DNA from: Escherichia phage vB_EcoM_WFbE185
Reading direction: 5' to 3' (one strand)
DNA: 64,000 nt
Sequence record: MK373778.1
How positions within the stretch are numbered: the first letter of the stretch is position 1; each line of letters begins with the position of its first letter. A model generated the notes under the pieces. It made no database searches. It was given only the letters and a program-made list of their open reading frames with translations, and was not told the DNA's origin. Shown piece by piece: positions 1 to 13,128 of this stretch. The position numbers and the translations under genes were made by a program.

Positions 1-741
1 GATGACGAAGAAAAATACCGTCACGGCGTATTTGATATGCGTGGTTCTAACGTATTTGCCGTAACAAGAATTATAAGAACAAATGTTGGCTCTATTACTT
101 CAATGGATGGTAATGCAACTTATCCATGGTTCACTGATTTCCTTTTAGGAATGGCTGGTGTTTCAGGTGGTATGGGTAGTAATTGTGGTAAATTCTACGG
201 TCCGAACGCTTTTGGCGCTGACCTCGGGTATTATTCTCAATTAGTATCTTATATGGGTATGCTTCAAGATATGATTGCTCCTCTTCCAGATTTTTGGTTT
301 AACTCTGCAAACGAGCAATTAAAAGTAATGGGTAACTTTAGACAGAAAGATGTCATTATCGTTGAATCGTATGTTCGCTCTTATATCGAGACCCATAAGA
401 TGGTAGGAAATACAGTAGGGTACGGTCAGGTCGGTCCTCGTGATTCATGGTCTATTTCTGAACGTTATGATAATCCAGACCATAATTTGGTCGGACGTCG
501 AGTTGGTGAAGATCCTGCAACTAAACAAGGCGCATATAACAACCGATGGGTTAAAGATTATGCAACTGCATTAGCTAAAGAGCTTAATGGACAAATTCTT
601 GCTAAACATCAAGGTATGATGTTACCGGGTGGCGTCACTGTTGATGGTGTTCGATTAATTGAAGAAGCTCGTTTAGAGAAAGAAGCTTTACGAGAAGAGT
701 TATATTTACTGGACCCTCCTGCAGGTATTTTGGTAGGTTAA
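1..741 (+). CDS. 13: neck protein gp13, C-terminal part (5' end lies upstream of the window)
   Basis: Open frame runs from base 1 to stop at 739-741 and sits immediately upstream of gp14; assignment by synteny, not by recalled sequence. Confidence 0.65.
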   Translation, partial: DDEEKYRHGVFDMRGSNVFAVTRIIRTNVGSITSMDGNATYPWFTDFLLGMAGVSGGMGSNCGKFYGPNAFGADLGYYSQLVSYMGMLQDMIAPLPDFWFNSANEQLKVMGNFRQKDVIIVESYVRSYIETHKMVGNTVGYGQVGPRDSWSISERYDNPDHNLVGRRVGEDPATKQGAYNNRWVKDYATALAKELNGQILAKHQGMMLPGGVTVDGVRLIEEARLEKEALREELYLLDPPAGILVG

Positions 742-742
742 T

Positions 743-1507
743 ATGGCAACTTATGATAAAAATCTTTTCGCCAAGCTAGAAAATCGTGGTGGGTATTCTC
801 AGACAAATGAGACTGAAATCCTCAATCCATTTGTCAATTTTAATAATTATGAGAATAGTCAGACATTAGCCGACGTTCTAGTGGCAGAAAGCATACAGAT
901 GCGCGGTATTGAATGTTTTTATGTTCCACGTGAATATGTTGCCGTGGACCTTATCTTTGGTGAGGACCTTAAAAATAAATTTACTAAAGCATGGAAATTT
1001 GCTGCATATCTGAACTCTTTTGAAGGTTATGAAGGAGCGAAATCGTTCTTCAGCAACTTCGGAATGCAAGTTCAAGACGAAGTTACATTATCTATTAACC
1101 CGGGTCTTTTCAAACACCAGGTCAACAATCAGGAGCCTAAGGAAGGTGATTTAATATACTTCCCAATGGACAACAGTTTGTTTGAGATTAACTGGGTTGA
1201 ACCATATGACCCATTCTATCAAGTAGGTAAAAATGCGATTCGTAAAATTACCGCAGGCAAGTTTATTTACTCTGGCGAAGAAATCAATCCGGTGCTTCAG
1301 AAAAATGAAGGTATCAATATACCTGAATTTAGTGACTTGGAACTTAACCCTGTTAGAAATCTTGACGGTATCCATGACATTAATATCGATGAGTATTCTG
1401 AAGTTGAGCAAATCAATTCAGAGGCAAGTGAATACGTTGAGCCGTATGTAGTAGTTAACAACCGTGGTAGACAAAATTCACCATTTGACGATGGGTTTAT
1501 GAATTAA
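743..1507 (+). CDS. 14: neck protein gp14
   Basis: 254 aa (T4 gp14 recalled as ~256 aa); position between 13 and 15. Confidence 0.8.
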   Translation: MATYDKNLFAKLENRGGYSQTNETEILNPFVNFNNYENSQTLADVLVAESIQMRGIECFYVPREYVAVDLIFGEDLKNKFTKAWKFAAYLNSFEGYEGAKSFFSNFGMQVQDEVTLSINPGLFKHQVNNQEPKEGDLIYFPMDNSLFEINWVEPYDPFYQVGKNAIRKITAGKFIYSGEEINPVLQKNEGINIPEFSDLELNPVRNLDGIHDINIDEYSEVEQINSEASEYVEPYVVVNNRGRQNSPFDDGFMN

Positions 1508-1556
1508 TAAATAGATAAGATAAAGCAAACACCGGTCGAAAGGCCGGTTAGGAGAA

Positions 1557-2381
1557 ATGATGTTTGGTTATTTTTACAACTCGTCGTTCAGGCGATATAT
1601 CACAATGATGGGCGATTTGTTTTCAAATATCCAAGTTAACCGTCAATTGTCTACAGGCAATAAATTAATTAGAGTTCCTATTACGTATGCATCTAAAGAG
1701 CACTTTATGATGAAACTTAATAAATGGACCTCTATAAACTCACAAGAAGATGTGGCTAAAGTCGAAACTATTCTACCACGTATAAATCTCCAAATGGTAG
1801 ATTTCGTTTATAACCCAACGTTTAAAACGAATATATTGAATAACTCTCTTTTGAGTAAATCGACTAAGGATATTGTAGACCAATACAACCCATCACCAAT
1901 TAAAATGATTTTTGAACTGAGCATCTTTACTCGTTATGAAGATGATATGTTCCAAATCGTTGAGCAAATTATTCCATATTTTCAGCCGCATTTTAATACG
2001 ACTATGATTGAGCAATATGGGCAGGATATTCCATTTGAAAGGGATATTAAAGTCGTATGGATGGCAGCAGCAATGGATGAACAAATAGACGGTGATAATT
2101 TATCTCGTCGACGTTTAGAGTGGTCATTAACATTTGAAGTAAATGGATGGATGTATCCTCCGGTAGGCGCAGCTGAAGGCCTTATTAAAACGACTTATCT
2201 TGATTTTCATGCTAATGAACGAGACCTTCAAACAGCCGCCAGTGTTTTTGAATCAGTTGATACAGAAATTAAACCGAGAGACGTTGAAGCACAAGATTGG
2301 AATGGCGAAGTTGAACAAACTTATACTCATGATATTCCAATCCCGACTCCACCAACCCCTCCTGGTCCTAGAAAACAATAA
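1557..2381 (+). CDS. 15: tail sheath stabilizer / tail completion protein gp15
   Basis: N-terminus MMFGYFYNSSFRRY... matches recalled T4 gp15; 274 aa; synteny. Confidence 0.85.
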   Translation: MMFGYFYNSSFRRYITMMGDLFSNIQVNRQLSTGNKLIRVPITYASKEHFMMKLNKWTSINSQEDVAKVETILPRINLQMVDFVYNPTFKTNILNNSLLSKSTKDIVDQYNPSPIKMIFELSIFTRYEDDMFQIVEQIIPYFQPHFNTTMIEQYGQDIPFERDIKVVWMAAAMDEQIDGDNLSRRRLEWSLTFEVNGWMYPPVGAAEGLIKTTYLDFHANERDLQTAASVFESVDTEIKPRDVEAQDWNGEVEQTYTHDIPIPTPPTPPGPRKQ

Positions 2382-4707
<2,326 letters not shown>

Positions 4708-4734
4708 AAATAAAGCAAATTAAGAGGAATTAAA

Positions 4735-6717
4735 ATGTCACTTCTCTCTCCGGGCGTTGAGCTCAAAGAAACTACCGTACAGAGTACTGTAGTTAATAAC
4801 TCCACTGGTACTGCTGCCCTGGCTGGAAAATTCCAATGGGGACCTGCATTCCAGATTAAACAAATCACTGATGAAGTTGCATTAGTTGATATGTTTGGTA
4901 CTCCTAATACGGATACAGCAGATTATTTCATGTCTGCTATGAACTTCCTTCAATATGGTAATGACCTTCGTGTTGTACGCGCAGTTGACCGTGATACTGC
5001 TAAGAACTCATCTCCTGTAGCAGGCAATATTGAATTCACAATCTCTGCTGCTGGTAGTAACTATGCAGTTGGTGATAAAATTATCGTTAAGTATTTGACC
5101 GAAACTGTTGAAGCAGATGGTTATGTCACTTCGGTTGATGTCGATGGTAAAATTCTTAACATTTATATCCCAACCGGTAAAATTATTGCTCGTGCAAAAG
5201 AAATTAATGAATATCCGGCATTGGGTTCTAACTGGACCGCCGAAGTTGCCAGTTCTTCTTCTGGTCTCTCTGGCGTTATTACAATTGGTTCTATCGTAAC
5301 CGATTCGGGTATTCTGTTAACTGAAGTTGAAACTTCTGAAGAAGCTATTACTTCTCTAACTTTCCAAGAATCTATTAAAAAATATGGTGTCCCAGGTGTA
5401 GTTGCTCTTTATCCTGGTGAACTTGGCGACCAGCTCGAAATTGAAATCGTATCTAAAGCGGACTATGACAAAGGTGCTTCAGCCCAGTTAAAAATTTATC
5501 CTGATGGTGGTACTCGTGCATCTACTGCTAAAGCAATCTTTGGGTATGGCCCACAAACTGATGACCAATATGCAATTATCGTTCGTCGTAACGATGCTGT
5601 AGTTCAGAGCGTAATTCTTTCTACTAAACGCGGTGAACGCGATATTTATGGTAGTAATATCTTTATTGATGATTTCTTTGCTAAAGGCGCAAGCAATTAT
5701 ATTTTCGCTACTGCACAAGGTTGGCCAAAAGGTTTCTCTGGCGTAATCAAACTGGGTGGTGGCTTATCATCCAATGAAACGGTTGACGCTGGTGATTTAA
5801 TGGAAGCTTGGGATTTGTTTGCCGACCGCGAATCTGTTAATGCGCAGTTGTTTATTGCCGGTTCTTGTGCAGGTGAATCTTTAGAAGTTGCTTCTACAGT
5901 TCAGAAACATGTTGTAGCAATTGGTGATTCTCGCCAAGATTGCTTGGTTCTTTGCTCACCGCCACGTGCAACTATAGTTGGTATTCCTGTTAATCGTGCA
6001 GTTGATAATCTGGTTGATTGGCGTACTGCGTCAGGAACTTACACTGATAATAACTTTAATGTAAGTTCTACTTACGCGGCTATTGACGGTAACTATAAAT
6101 ATCAATATGACAAATATAATGATGTGAATCGTTGGGTTCCATTAGCTGCTGATATTGCTGGTCTTTGTGCTCGCACAGACAATATTTCTCAGCCTTGGAT
6201 GTCTCCTGCTGGTTATAACCGTGGACAAATTCTTAACGTTATTAAGCTTGCAATTGAAACTCGTCAACCACAGCGTGATCGTTTGTATCAGGAAGCTATT
6301 AACCCTGTTACTGGTACCGGTGGTGATGGGTATGTTCTGTACGGTGATAAAACTGCCACTTCTGTTCCTTCACCATTTGACCGTATTAACGTTCGTCGTT
6401 TGTTCAATATGGTTAAAACGAACATTGGTTCAGCATCCAAATATCGCCTGTTTGAATTGAACAACGCATTCACCCGTTCTTCTTTCCGTACAGAGACTTC
6501 TCAATATCTACAGGGTATTAAAGCTCTCGGTGGTGTATATAACTTTAAAGTTGTTTGTGATACTACCAATAACACCCCAGCAGTTATCGACCGTAATGAA
6601 TTTGTAGCTACTTTCTACTTACAACCTGCCCGCTCGATAAATTATATTACGTTGAACTTTGTAGCAACAGCAACTGGTGCCGATTTCGACGAACTAATTG
6701 GTGCTGTAGGTGGCTAA
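4735..6717 (+). CDS. 18: tail sheath protein gp18
   Basis: 660 aa; N-terminus MSLLSPGVELKETTVQSTVVNNSTGTAALAGKFQWGPAFQIKQ near-identical to recalled T4 gp18; SD AAGAGGA. Confidence 0.95.
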   Translation: MSLLSPGVELKETTVQSTVVNNSTGTAALAGKFQWGPAFQIKQITDEVALVDMFGTPNTDTADYFMSAMNFLQYGNDLRVVRAVDRDTAKNSSPVAGNIEFTISAAGSNYAVGDKIIVKYLTETVEADGYVTSVDVDGKILNIYIPTGKIIARAKEINEYPALGSNWTAEVASSSSGLSGVITIGSIVTDSGILLTEVETSEEAITSLTFQESIKKYGVPGVVALYPGELGDQLEIEIVSKADYDKGASAQLKIYPDGGTRASTAKAIFGYGPQTDDQYAIIVRRNDAVVQSVILSTKRGERDIYGSNIFIDDFFAKGASNYIFATAQGWPKGFSGVIKLGGGLSSNETVDAGDLMEAWDLFADRESVNAQLFIAGSCAGESLEVASTVQKHVVAIGDSRQDCLVLCSPPRATIVGIPVNRAVDNLVDWRTASGTYTDNNFNVSSTYAAIDGNYKYQYDKYNDVNRWVPLAADIAGLCARTDNISQPWMSPAGYNRGQILNVIKLAIETRQPQRDRLYQEAINPVTGTGGDGYVLYGDKTATSVPSPFDRINVRRLFNMVKTNIGSASKYRLFELNNAFTRSSFRTETSQYLQGIKALGGVYNFKVVCDTTNNTPAVIDRNEFVATFYLQPARSINYITLNFVATATGADFDELIGAVGG

Positions 6718-6728
6718 TAAGACGCCTG

Positions 6729-6750
6729 ATGGGCTATTTCGGTAGCCCAT
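6729..6750 (+). terminator. hairpin after gene 18
   Basis: 8-bp stem ATGGGCTA / TAGCCCAT with loop TTTCGG, followed by an A/T-rich tract. Confidence 0.5.
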
Positions 6751-6757
6751 ATAAATA
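6750..6757 (+). promoter_or_regulatory. late promoter (TATAAATA) for gene 19
   Basis: Exact TATAAATA after the gp18 terminator hairpin. Confidence 0.5.
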
Positions 6758-6829
6758 TATTATATCGTTTAAAAATTAATTCTATGGGCATCAGGTTAAT
6801 CCTAAGCCCATATTACTACAGAGGCTAAT

Positions 6830-7321
6830 ATGTTTGTAGATGACGTAACTCGTGCCTTCGAATCAGGTGATTTCGCTCGCCCTAACCTGTTCGAAGTAGA
6901 AATCTCTTATCTTGGGCAAAACTTTAGCTTCCAGTGTCGTGCTACGGCTCTTCCTGCTGCGATCGTTGAAAAGGTTCCTGTTTCTTATATGAACCGTAAA
7001 ATTAACGTGGCCGGTGATCGTACATTCGATGATTGGACTATTACAGTAATGAACGATGATGCTCATAGCATTCGTCAGAAATTTGTTGATTGGCAAGGTA
7101 TTGCAGCAGGACAAGGTAATGAAATTACCGGTGGTAAACCTGCTGAATATAAAAAGTCTGCTATCGTTCGTCAATTTGCTCGTGATGCTAAAACGGTCAC
7201 TAAAGAAGTTGAAATTGTCGGCTTGTGGCCTACTAACGTTGGTGAAGTATCTCTTGATTGGGATTCGAATAACGAGATTGAAACGTTCGAAGTAACTCTT
7301 GCTCTTGATTGGTGGGAATAA
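6830..7321 (+). CDS. 19: tail tube protein gp19
   Basis: 163 aa; MFVDDVTRAFESGDFARPNLF matches recalled T4 gp19. Confidence 0.95.
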   Translation: MFVDDVTRAFESGDFARPNLFEVEISYLGQNFSFQCRATALPAAIVEKVPVSYMNRKINVAGDRTFDDWTITVMNDDAHSIRQKFVDWQGIAAGQGNEITGGKPAEYKKSAIVRQFARDAKTVTKEVEIVGLWPTNVGEVSLDWDSNNEIETFEVTLALDWWE

Positions 7322-7326
7322 TCTGG

Positions 7327-7344
7327 TTGGGGAGAAATCCCCAG
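7327..7344 (+). terminator. hairpin after gene 19
   Basis: Stem GGGGA / TCCCC with GAAA tetraloop. Confidence 0.5.
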
Positions 7345-7369
7345 CTTCCCGTGATGACGGAGAAGTCCA

Positions 7370-7377
7370 TATAAATA
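7370..7377 (+). promoter_or_regulatory. late promoter (TATAAATA) for gene 20
   Basis: Exact TATAAATA 28 nt upstream of the ATG. Confidence 0.6.
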
Positions 7378-7405
7378 TAACTATAATTCCCATTCGGAGA
7401 ATACA

Positions 7406-8977
7406 ATGAAATTTAATATCTTAAGTTTGTTTGCTCCATGGGCAAAAATGGACGAACGTGATTACAAAGACCAAGAAAAAGAAAATTTAGAATCGATCAC
7501 CACACCAAAATTAGACGACGGCGCTAAAGAATACGAAGTATCTGAAAATGAAGCACAGCAAACATATAATGCTATGTTTCAGAGAATGTTCGGTAGCCAA
7601 GAACCAGGGCTCAAATCAACGCGTGAATTAATCGATACGTATCGAAATTTGATGACGAACTATGAAGTGGATAATGCAGTCTCTGAAATAGTTTCGGATG
7701 CTATCGTATATGAAGATGATACAGAAGTCGTTTCTATAAATTTAGACAACACAAAATTTAGTCCAAATATCAAATCAATGATGTTGGATGAATTTAACGA
7801 AGTGTTAAATCATTTATCTTTCCAACGTAAAGGTTCAGATCATTTTAGACGTTGGTATGTGGATTCTCGAATTTTCTTCCATAAAATTATTGACCCTAAA
7901 CGCCCTAAAGAAGGTATTAAAGAGCTTCGTCGTTTAGACCCACGTCAAGTTCAATATGTCCGTGAAGTTATTACAACCACTGAAGCTGGTGTTAAAATAG
8001 TCAAGGGTTATAAAGAATATTTCATTTATGACACATCACACGAATCTTATGCTTGTGATGGTCGCATATATGAAGCGGGCACAAAAATAAAAATCCCTAA
8101 AGCCGCGATTGTTTACGCCCATTCTGGTTTAGTTGATTGTTGTGGTAAAAATATCATTGGTTATTTGCATCGGGCTATTAAGCCAGCGAACCAATTAAAA
8201 CTTCTTGAAGATGCCGTCGTAATTTATCGTATTACTCGTGCTCCCGATCGTCGTGTATGGTACGTTGATACAGGTAATATGCCTTCAAGAAAAGCAGCAG
8301 AACATATGCAACATGTTATGAATACGATGAAAAACCGTATTGCATATGATGCTACTACAGGCAAGATTAAAAACCAACAGCATATTATGTCGATGACCGA
8401 AGATTATTGGTTACAACGACGTGATGGTAAAGCAGTAACAGAAGTTGATACATTACCAGGTGCAGATAATACCGGAAATATGGAAGATGTACGTTGGTTC
8501 CGTAATGCGCTTTATATGGCTTTACGTATTCCTATTACCCGTATTCCAAGTGACCAAGGTGGTATACAGTTTGATGCTGGTACTTCTATTACACGAGATG
8601 AATTATCATTTGGTAAATTTATTCGTGAGCTGCAACATAAATTTGAAGAGATATTCCTAGACCCGCTTAAAACTAATTTAATTCTTAAAGGAATTATTAC
8701 AGAAGATGAGTGGAATGATGAAATAAATAATATTAAGATAAAATTTCATCGGGATAGTTATTTCTCGGAATTAAAGGATGCTGAGATTCTGGAGCGTCGC
8801 ATTAATATGCTTCAGATGGCCGAACCATTTATTGGTAAATATATTTCTCACAGAACAGCTATGAAAGATATTCTTCAGATGTCTGATGAGGAAATTGAAC
8901 AAGAGGCTAAGCAAATTGAAGAAGAGTCGAAAGAGGCTCGTTTCCAAGACCCCGACCAAGAACAAGAGGATTTTTAA
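7406..8977 (+). CDS. 20: portal vertex protein gp20
   Basis: 523 aa; [18 protein letters not shown]... matches recalled T4 gp20. Confidence 0.95.
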   Translation: MKFNILSLFAPWAKMDERDYKDQEKENLESITTPKLDDGAKEYEVSENEAQQTYNAMFQRMFGSQEPGLKSTRELIDTYRNLMTNYEVDNAVSEIVSDAIVYEDDTEVVSINLDNTKFSPNIKSMMLDEFNEVLNHLSFQRKGSDHFRRWYVDSRIFFHKIIDPKRPKEGIKELRRLDPRQVQYVREVITTTEAGVKIVKGYKEYFIYDTSHESYACDGRIYEAGTKIKIPKAAIVYAHSGLVDCCGKNIIGYLHRAIKPANQLKLLEDAVVIYRITRAPDRRVWYVDTGNMPSRKAAEHMQHVMNTMKNRIAYDATTGKIKNQQHIMSMTEDYWLQRRDGKAVTEVDTLPGADNTGNMEDVRWFRNALYMALRIPITRIPSDQGGIQFDAGTSITRDELSFGKFIRELQHKFEEIFLDPLKTNLILKGIITEDEWNDEINNIKIKFHRDSYFSELKDAEILERRINMLQMAEPFIGKYISHRTAMKDILQMSDEEIEQEAKQIEEESKEARFQDPDQEQEDF

Positions 8978-9207
8978 TGGACGATTTAATTCAAGCTATT
9001 AAATCAAACGACCTCGTTGCTACTCGAAAGTTTTTTGAAAGTGCAATGGCAGAAAAAACGGTTCGTTTGATTGAAGCACGCAAAGCAGAAATCGCTTCTC
9101 AATTTTTGATTGAAGGCGAAGAACCTGAAGAAGAAAAGAAAGCTTCGGAAGACGACGCTGATGAAGGCGATGACGACGAAGACGAAGATGATGAGGACGA
9201 TGAATAA
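8977..9207 (+). CDS. 67: prohead core protein gp67 (acidic C-terminal tail)
   Basis: 76 aa with poly-D/E tail; position between 20 and 68. Confidence 0.75.
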   Translation: MDDLIQAIKSNDLVATRKFFESAMAEKTVRLIEARKAEIASQFLIEGEEPEEEKKASEDDADEGDDDEDEDDEDDE

Positions 9208-9632
9208 TGTATCTTATCCCTGAATCTTATGAATTGGTACTCGAAAATGTCGAAGCACTTATTCCTGAAGCACAGGGCCGAATCGATGCATTGTCTTCTG
9301 CTCTCGATATTGACGATATAAATACTATTATCGAGAACATGCTTGAAACTGAAACGGATTTAGCTGTTGCAATGGCTTCCATTATTAATGAAGAACAGTT
9401 AAATGAGTTTATCGTTAAACATGTTTCTTCTCGTGGTGAAGTCACCCGCACTAAAGACCGTAAAACTCGTGAACGTAACGCGTTCCAAACAACCGGTCTT
9501 TCTAAAGCAAAACGTAGACAAATCGCTCGTAAGGTCGTTAAAGCTAAAAAAGCTAACCCTTCAGGCCAAGTTAAAGGCCTGCGTAAGCGTAAAAAGGCTC
9601 TTAAACGTCGTAAAGCATTAGGATTAAGCTAA
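9207..9632 (+). CDS. 68: prohead core protein gp68
   Basis: 141 aa, basic C-terminus; synteny. Confidence 0.75.
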   Translation: MYLIPESYELVLENVEALIPEAQGRIDALSSALDIDDINTIIENMLETETDLAVAMASIINEEQLNEFIVKHVSSRGEVTRTKDRKTRERNAFQTTGLSKAKRRQIARKVVKAKKANPSGQVKGLRKRKKALKRRKALGLS

Positions 9633-10273
9633 TGAATAAACCCGAGTTACTTATTGAAACTTGGGGTCAACCCGGTGAGATTATTGATGGCGTTCCAATG
9701 TTGGAATCTCATGATGGAAAAGATTCTGGCTTAAAACCAGGGCTTTATATAGAAGGTATTTTTCTTCAGGCAGAGGTTGTTAACCGAAATAAACGTTTAT
9801 ATCCTAAACGCGTTTTGGAAAAAGCAGTAAGTGACTATATTAAAGAACAAGTCGCAACCAAACAAGCCCTTGGAGAATTAAACCATCCACCTCGTGCAAA
9901 TGTTGACCCTATGCAAGCCGCTATCATTATTGAAGATATGTGGTGGAAAGGAAACGATGTATATGGACGTGCTAGAATTATTGAAGGCGACCATGGTCCC
10001 GGTGATAAATTAGCTGCTAATATACGAGCTGGTTGGATTCCAGGTGTTTCCTCTCGTGGTCTTGGTTCTTTAACCGACACCAATAAAGGGTACCGTATCG
10101 TGAACGAAGGATTTAAATTAACCGTCGGTGTAGATGCCGTATGGGGACCTTCTGCTCCAGATGCTTGGGTTACTCCTAAACAAATATCAGAATCAGAAAA
10201 TTCGGTGGAAACCACCAAAAACAGTGCTGATGAAGCATTTAAAGCTCTCGCAGAGAGTTTAAAAGCATTATAA
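9632..10273 (+). CDS. 21: prohead core scaffold protein and protease gp21
   Basis: 213 aa; synteny and length. Confidence 0.9.
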   Translation: MNKPELLIETWGQPGEIIDGVPMLESHDGKDSGLKPGLYIEGIFLQAEVVNRNKRLYPKRVLEKAVSDYIKEQVATKQALGELNHPPRANVDPMQAAIIIEDMWWKGNDVYGRARIIEGDHGPGDKLAANIRAGWIPGVSSRGLGSLTDTNKGYRIVNEGFKLTVGVDAVWGPSAPDAWVTPKQISESENSVETTKNSADEAFKALAESLKAL

Positions 10274-10276
10274 ATA
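10269..10276 (+). promoter_or_regulatory. late promoter (TATAAATA) for gene 22
   Basis: Exact TATAAATA 30 nt upstream of the ATG. Confidence 0.55.
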
Positions 10277-10306
10277 ATAATGTAATCTAAACCACAGGAC
10301 ACTAAA

Positions 10307-11119
10307 ATGATCAAAGAACAACTTTTGAAAGAAGCTCAGAACATCGAGACTTCAGTTGCTCTTAATAGTGTTTTCGAATCAGTAGAACTGTCTCCGGACG
10401 TTAAAGCTAATTTCAGCACTGTATTCGAAGCCACCGTTAAGCAGGAAGCAGTCAAACTGGCTGAATCTCATATCAAAGCCATCGCCGAAAAAGCCGAAGA
10501 AGAAGTTGAAAAGGCTAAAGAAGATGCTGAAGAGAAAGCTGATAAAAAATTGGCTGAACAAGCTTCTAAATTCCTAGACCATCTTGCAAAAGAATGGCTC
10601 GCAGAAAACCAAATCGCAGTTGATAAAGGCATTAAAGCTGATTTGTTCGAATCCATGCTTGGTGGTCTGAAAGAACTGTTTGTTGAACATAACGTTGTTG
10701 TTCCAGAAGAATCTGTAGATGTTGTAGCAGAAATGGAAGAAGAGCTGGCCGAACATAAAGAAGAAACCGCTCGTTTGTTCGAAGAAGTTACCAAACGTGA
10801 TGCATATATCAATTACGTTCAGCGTGAAACCGCTATTAATGAAAGCGTAAAAGACCTGACTGAATCTCAGAAAGAAAAAGTTATTGGCCTGGTTGAAGGT
10901 ATGGATTATTCTGACGCATTTGGTACTAAGTTAACTGCTATTGTAGAAATGGTTAAAGGTTCTACTAAAGAAGAAGCCGCTATTACCGAAAGTATAAATA
11001 CAGTTGACAATGACGCTGCCGGTCTTAATTTTGTTGCCGAAGCAGTTGACACTACCACAACTCAGGTAGAACAGAATTCTAATGTAAGTTTATATGCGAA
11101 AGTCGCATCTCGTTTCTAA
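10307..11119 (+). CDS. 22: prohead core scaffold protein gp22
   Basis: 270 aa, acidic helical protein; synteny. Confidence 0.9.
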   Translation: MIKEQLLKEAQNIETSVALNSVFESVELSPDVKANFSTVFEATVKQEAVKLAESHIKAIAEKAEEEVEKAKEDAEEKADKKLAEQASKFLDHLAKEWLAENQIAVDKGIKADLFESMLGGLKELFVEHNVVVPEESVDVVAEMEEELAEHKEETARLFEEVTKRDAYINYVQRETAINESVKDLTESQKEKVIGLVEGMDYSDAFGTKLTAIVEMVKGSTKEEAAITESINTVDNDAAGLNFVAEAVDTTTTQVEQNSNVSLYAKVASRF

Positions 11120-11136
11120 TTTAAAGGTTAACACAA

Positions 11137-12705
11137 ATGACTACTATCAAAACTAAAGCTCAGCTCGTAGACAAATGGAAAGAACTGCTGGAAGGTGAAG
11201 GCCTGCCGGAAATCGCTAATAGCAAGCAGGCTATTATCGCTAAAATCTTCGAAAACCAGGAAAAAGATTTCGAAGTATCCCCTGAATATAAAGACGAGAA
11301 AATCGCTCAGGCATTTGGTTCTTTCTTGACCGAAGCTGAAATTGGTGGTGACCATGGTTATAATGCTCAGAACATCGCAGCAGGTCAAACCTCTGGTGCA
11401 GTAACCCAAATTGGGCCGGCAGTTATGGGTATGGTTCGTCGTGCTATTCCTAATCTGATCGCTTTTGATATTTGTGGTGTTCAGCCTATGAACAGCCCTA
11501 CCGGTCAGGTATTTGCTCTCCGTGCAGTATATGGTAAAGACCCTATCGCTGCTGGCGCTAAAGAAGCTTTCCATCCGATGTATGCCCCAGACGCGATGTT
11601 CTCTGGTCAGGGTGCTGCTAAGAAATTCCCAGCTCTGGCTGCTGACACTACTACTGTTGTAGGTGATATCTATACTCACTTCTTCCAAGAAACTGGTACT
11701 GTATATCTGCAAGCTTCTGCTGTCGTAACACTTGATTCTGGTGCAACTGATGCAGCTAAATTAGATGCAGAAGTTAAGAAACAAATGGAAGCTGGTGCAC
11801 TGGTAGAAATCGCTGAAGGTATGGCTACTTCTATCGCTGAACTTCAGGAAGGTTTCAACGGTTCTACCGATAACCCATGGAATGAAATGGGCTTCCGTAT
11901 CGATAAACAAGTTATCGAAGCTAAATCTCGCCAGCTGAAAGCTGCTTACTCTATCGAATTAGCACAAGACCTCCGTGCAGTACACGGTATGGATGCTGAT
12001 GCTGAACTGAGCGGTATTCTGGCTACAGAAATTATGCTAGAAATCAACCGTGAAGTTGTTGATTGGATTAACTACTCAGCACAGGTTGGTAAATCTGGTA
12101 TGACCCTGACTCCTGGTTCTAAAGCTGGTGTATTTGACTTCCAGGACCCGATTGATATCCGTGGTGCTCGTTGGGCCGGTGAAAGCTTTAAATCTCTGTT
12201 GTTCCAGATTGATAAAGAAGCAGTTGAAATTGCTCGTCAAACCGGACGTGGTGAAGGTAACTTCATTATCGCTTCCCGTAACGTAGTTAACGTACTGGCT
12301 TCAGTTGATACTGGTATTTCTTACGCTGCACAGGGTCTGGCTTCTGGTTTTAATACCGACACTACTAAGTCTGTATTTGCCGGTGTACTTGGTGGTAAAT
12401 ACCGCGTATACATCGACCAGTATGCTAAACAGGATTACTTCACCGTTGGTTACAAAGGTGCTAACGAAATGGATGCAGGTATTTACTATGCTCCTTACGT
12501 TGCACTTACCCCACTGCGTGGTTCCGATCCTAAGAACTTCCAGCCGGTAATGGGCTTTAAAACTCGTTACGGTATCGGTGTTAACCCGTTTGCTGAAAGT
12601 TCCCTGCAGGCTCCAGGTGCTCGCATCCAGTCCGGTATGCCGTCTATCCTGAACAGCCTTGGTAAGAACGCTTACTTCCGCCGTGTATATGTAAAAGGCA
12701 TCTAA
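11137..12705 (+). CDS. 23: major capsid protein gp23
   Basis: 522 aa, near-identical to recalled T4 gp23 over most of its length. Confidence 0.97.
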   Translation: MTTIKTKAQLVDKWKELLEGEGLPEIANSKQAIIAKIFENQEKDFEVSPEYKDEKIAQAFGSFLTEAEIGGDHGYNAQNIAAGQTSGAVTQIGPAVMGMVRRAIPNLIAFDICGVQPMNSPTGQVFALRAVYGKDPIAAGAKEAFHPMYAPDAMFSGQGAAKKFPALAADTTTVVGDIYTHFFQETGTVYLQASAVVTLDSGATDAAKLDAEVKKQMEAGALVEIAEGMATSIAELQEGFNGSTDNPWNEMGFRIDKQVIEAKSRQLKAAYSIELAQDLRAVHGMDADAELSGILATEIMLEINREVVDWINYSAQVGKSGMTLTPGSKAGVFDFQDPIDIRGARWAGESFKSLLFQIDKEAVEIARQTGRGEGNFIIASRNVVNVLASVDTGISYAAQGLASGFNTDTTKSVFAGVLGGKYRVYIDQYAKQDYFTVGYKGANEMDAGIYYAPYVALTPLRGSDPKNFQPVMGFKTRYGIGVNPFAESSLQAPGARIQSGMPSILNSLGKNAYFRRVYVKGI

Positions 12706-12729
12706 TCTTAATTGATTAAATCTTATTTT

Positions 12730-12747
12730 GGGAGACTTCGGTCTCCC
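12730..12747 (+). terminator. intrinsic terminator after gene 23
   Basis: GGGAGAC-TTCG-GTCTCCC followed by ATTTTTGG. Confidence 0.75.
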
Positions 12748-12757
12748 ATTTTTGGTT

Positions 12758-13027
12758 TTATTTCTGTGCAATTTTGATGTAAGTTTTCAAAATATTTTGC
12801 CAATTAGGCATACCTTCTTGGACATATGCCGGAGAACCATCTTTGTTTTTGAATGATGCAAGTTTATCAGTGGCCCAATAACCTTTAGCTCGAGCTTCAG
12901 AATCAACTTTCATCCATACTTTGTTGAAGGCATTACCATTAACTTTTGCACCATATTTTTCTACTAACTTAACTGCTTCAGCTTCCAGAACTTTTAAAGT
13001 ATCTCGTAAGAAACGTGCTTTAGTCAT
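12758..13027 (-). CDS. hypothetical protein, antisense to the capsid cluster
   Basis: 89-aa ORF with SD AGGAG 7 nt upstream and its own early promoter; no recognised domain. Confidence 0.5.
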   Translation of the reverse strand: MTKARFLRDTLKVLEAEAVKLVEKYGAKVNGNAFNKVWMKVDSEARAKGYWATDKLASFKNKDGSPAYVQEGMPNWQNILKTYIKIAQK

Positions 13028-13057
13028 TTTGTTTACTCCTCTGTAGTTGATAAGTCT

Positions 13058-13087
13058 ATAGTATCACATATCAAATACGTTGTAAAC
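13058..13087 (-). promoter_or_regulatory. T4-type early promoter (GTTTAC-N18-TACTAT)
   Basis: Minus strand GTTTAC ... TGTGATACTATAGAC; drives the ORF at 12758-13027. Confidence 0.55.
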
Positions 13088-13093
13088 AATCTT

Positions 13094-13101
13094 TATAAAT
13101 A
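13094..13101 (+). promoter_or_regulatory. late promoter (TATAAATA) for gene 24
   Basis: Exact TATAAATA 27 nt upstream of the ATG. Confidence 0.6.
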
Positions 13102-13128
13102 ATCTATATCACATAAGGAAAAAATGCA

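Noticed and set aside
6863-7393. 176-aa minus-strand ORF inside gene 19, and similar long antisense ORFs inside other genes (for example 10468-10812, 12301-12771, 44491-45015, 52518-52997, 55482-55856)
   Set aside because: Each lies entirely antisense within a well-supported conserved gene, lacks translation signals, and has skewed low-complexity composition; treated as frame artefacts.
9120-9207. Acidic low-complexity stretch at the gp67 C-terminus as a possible repeat element
   Set aside because: It is a poly-Asp/Glu coding tract typical of this prohead core protein, not a DNA repeat or mobile element.
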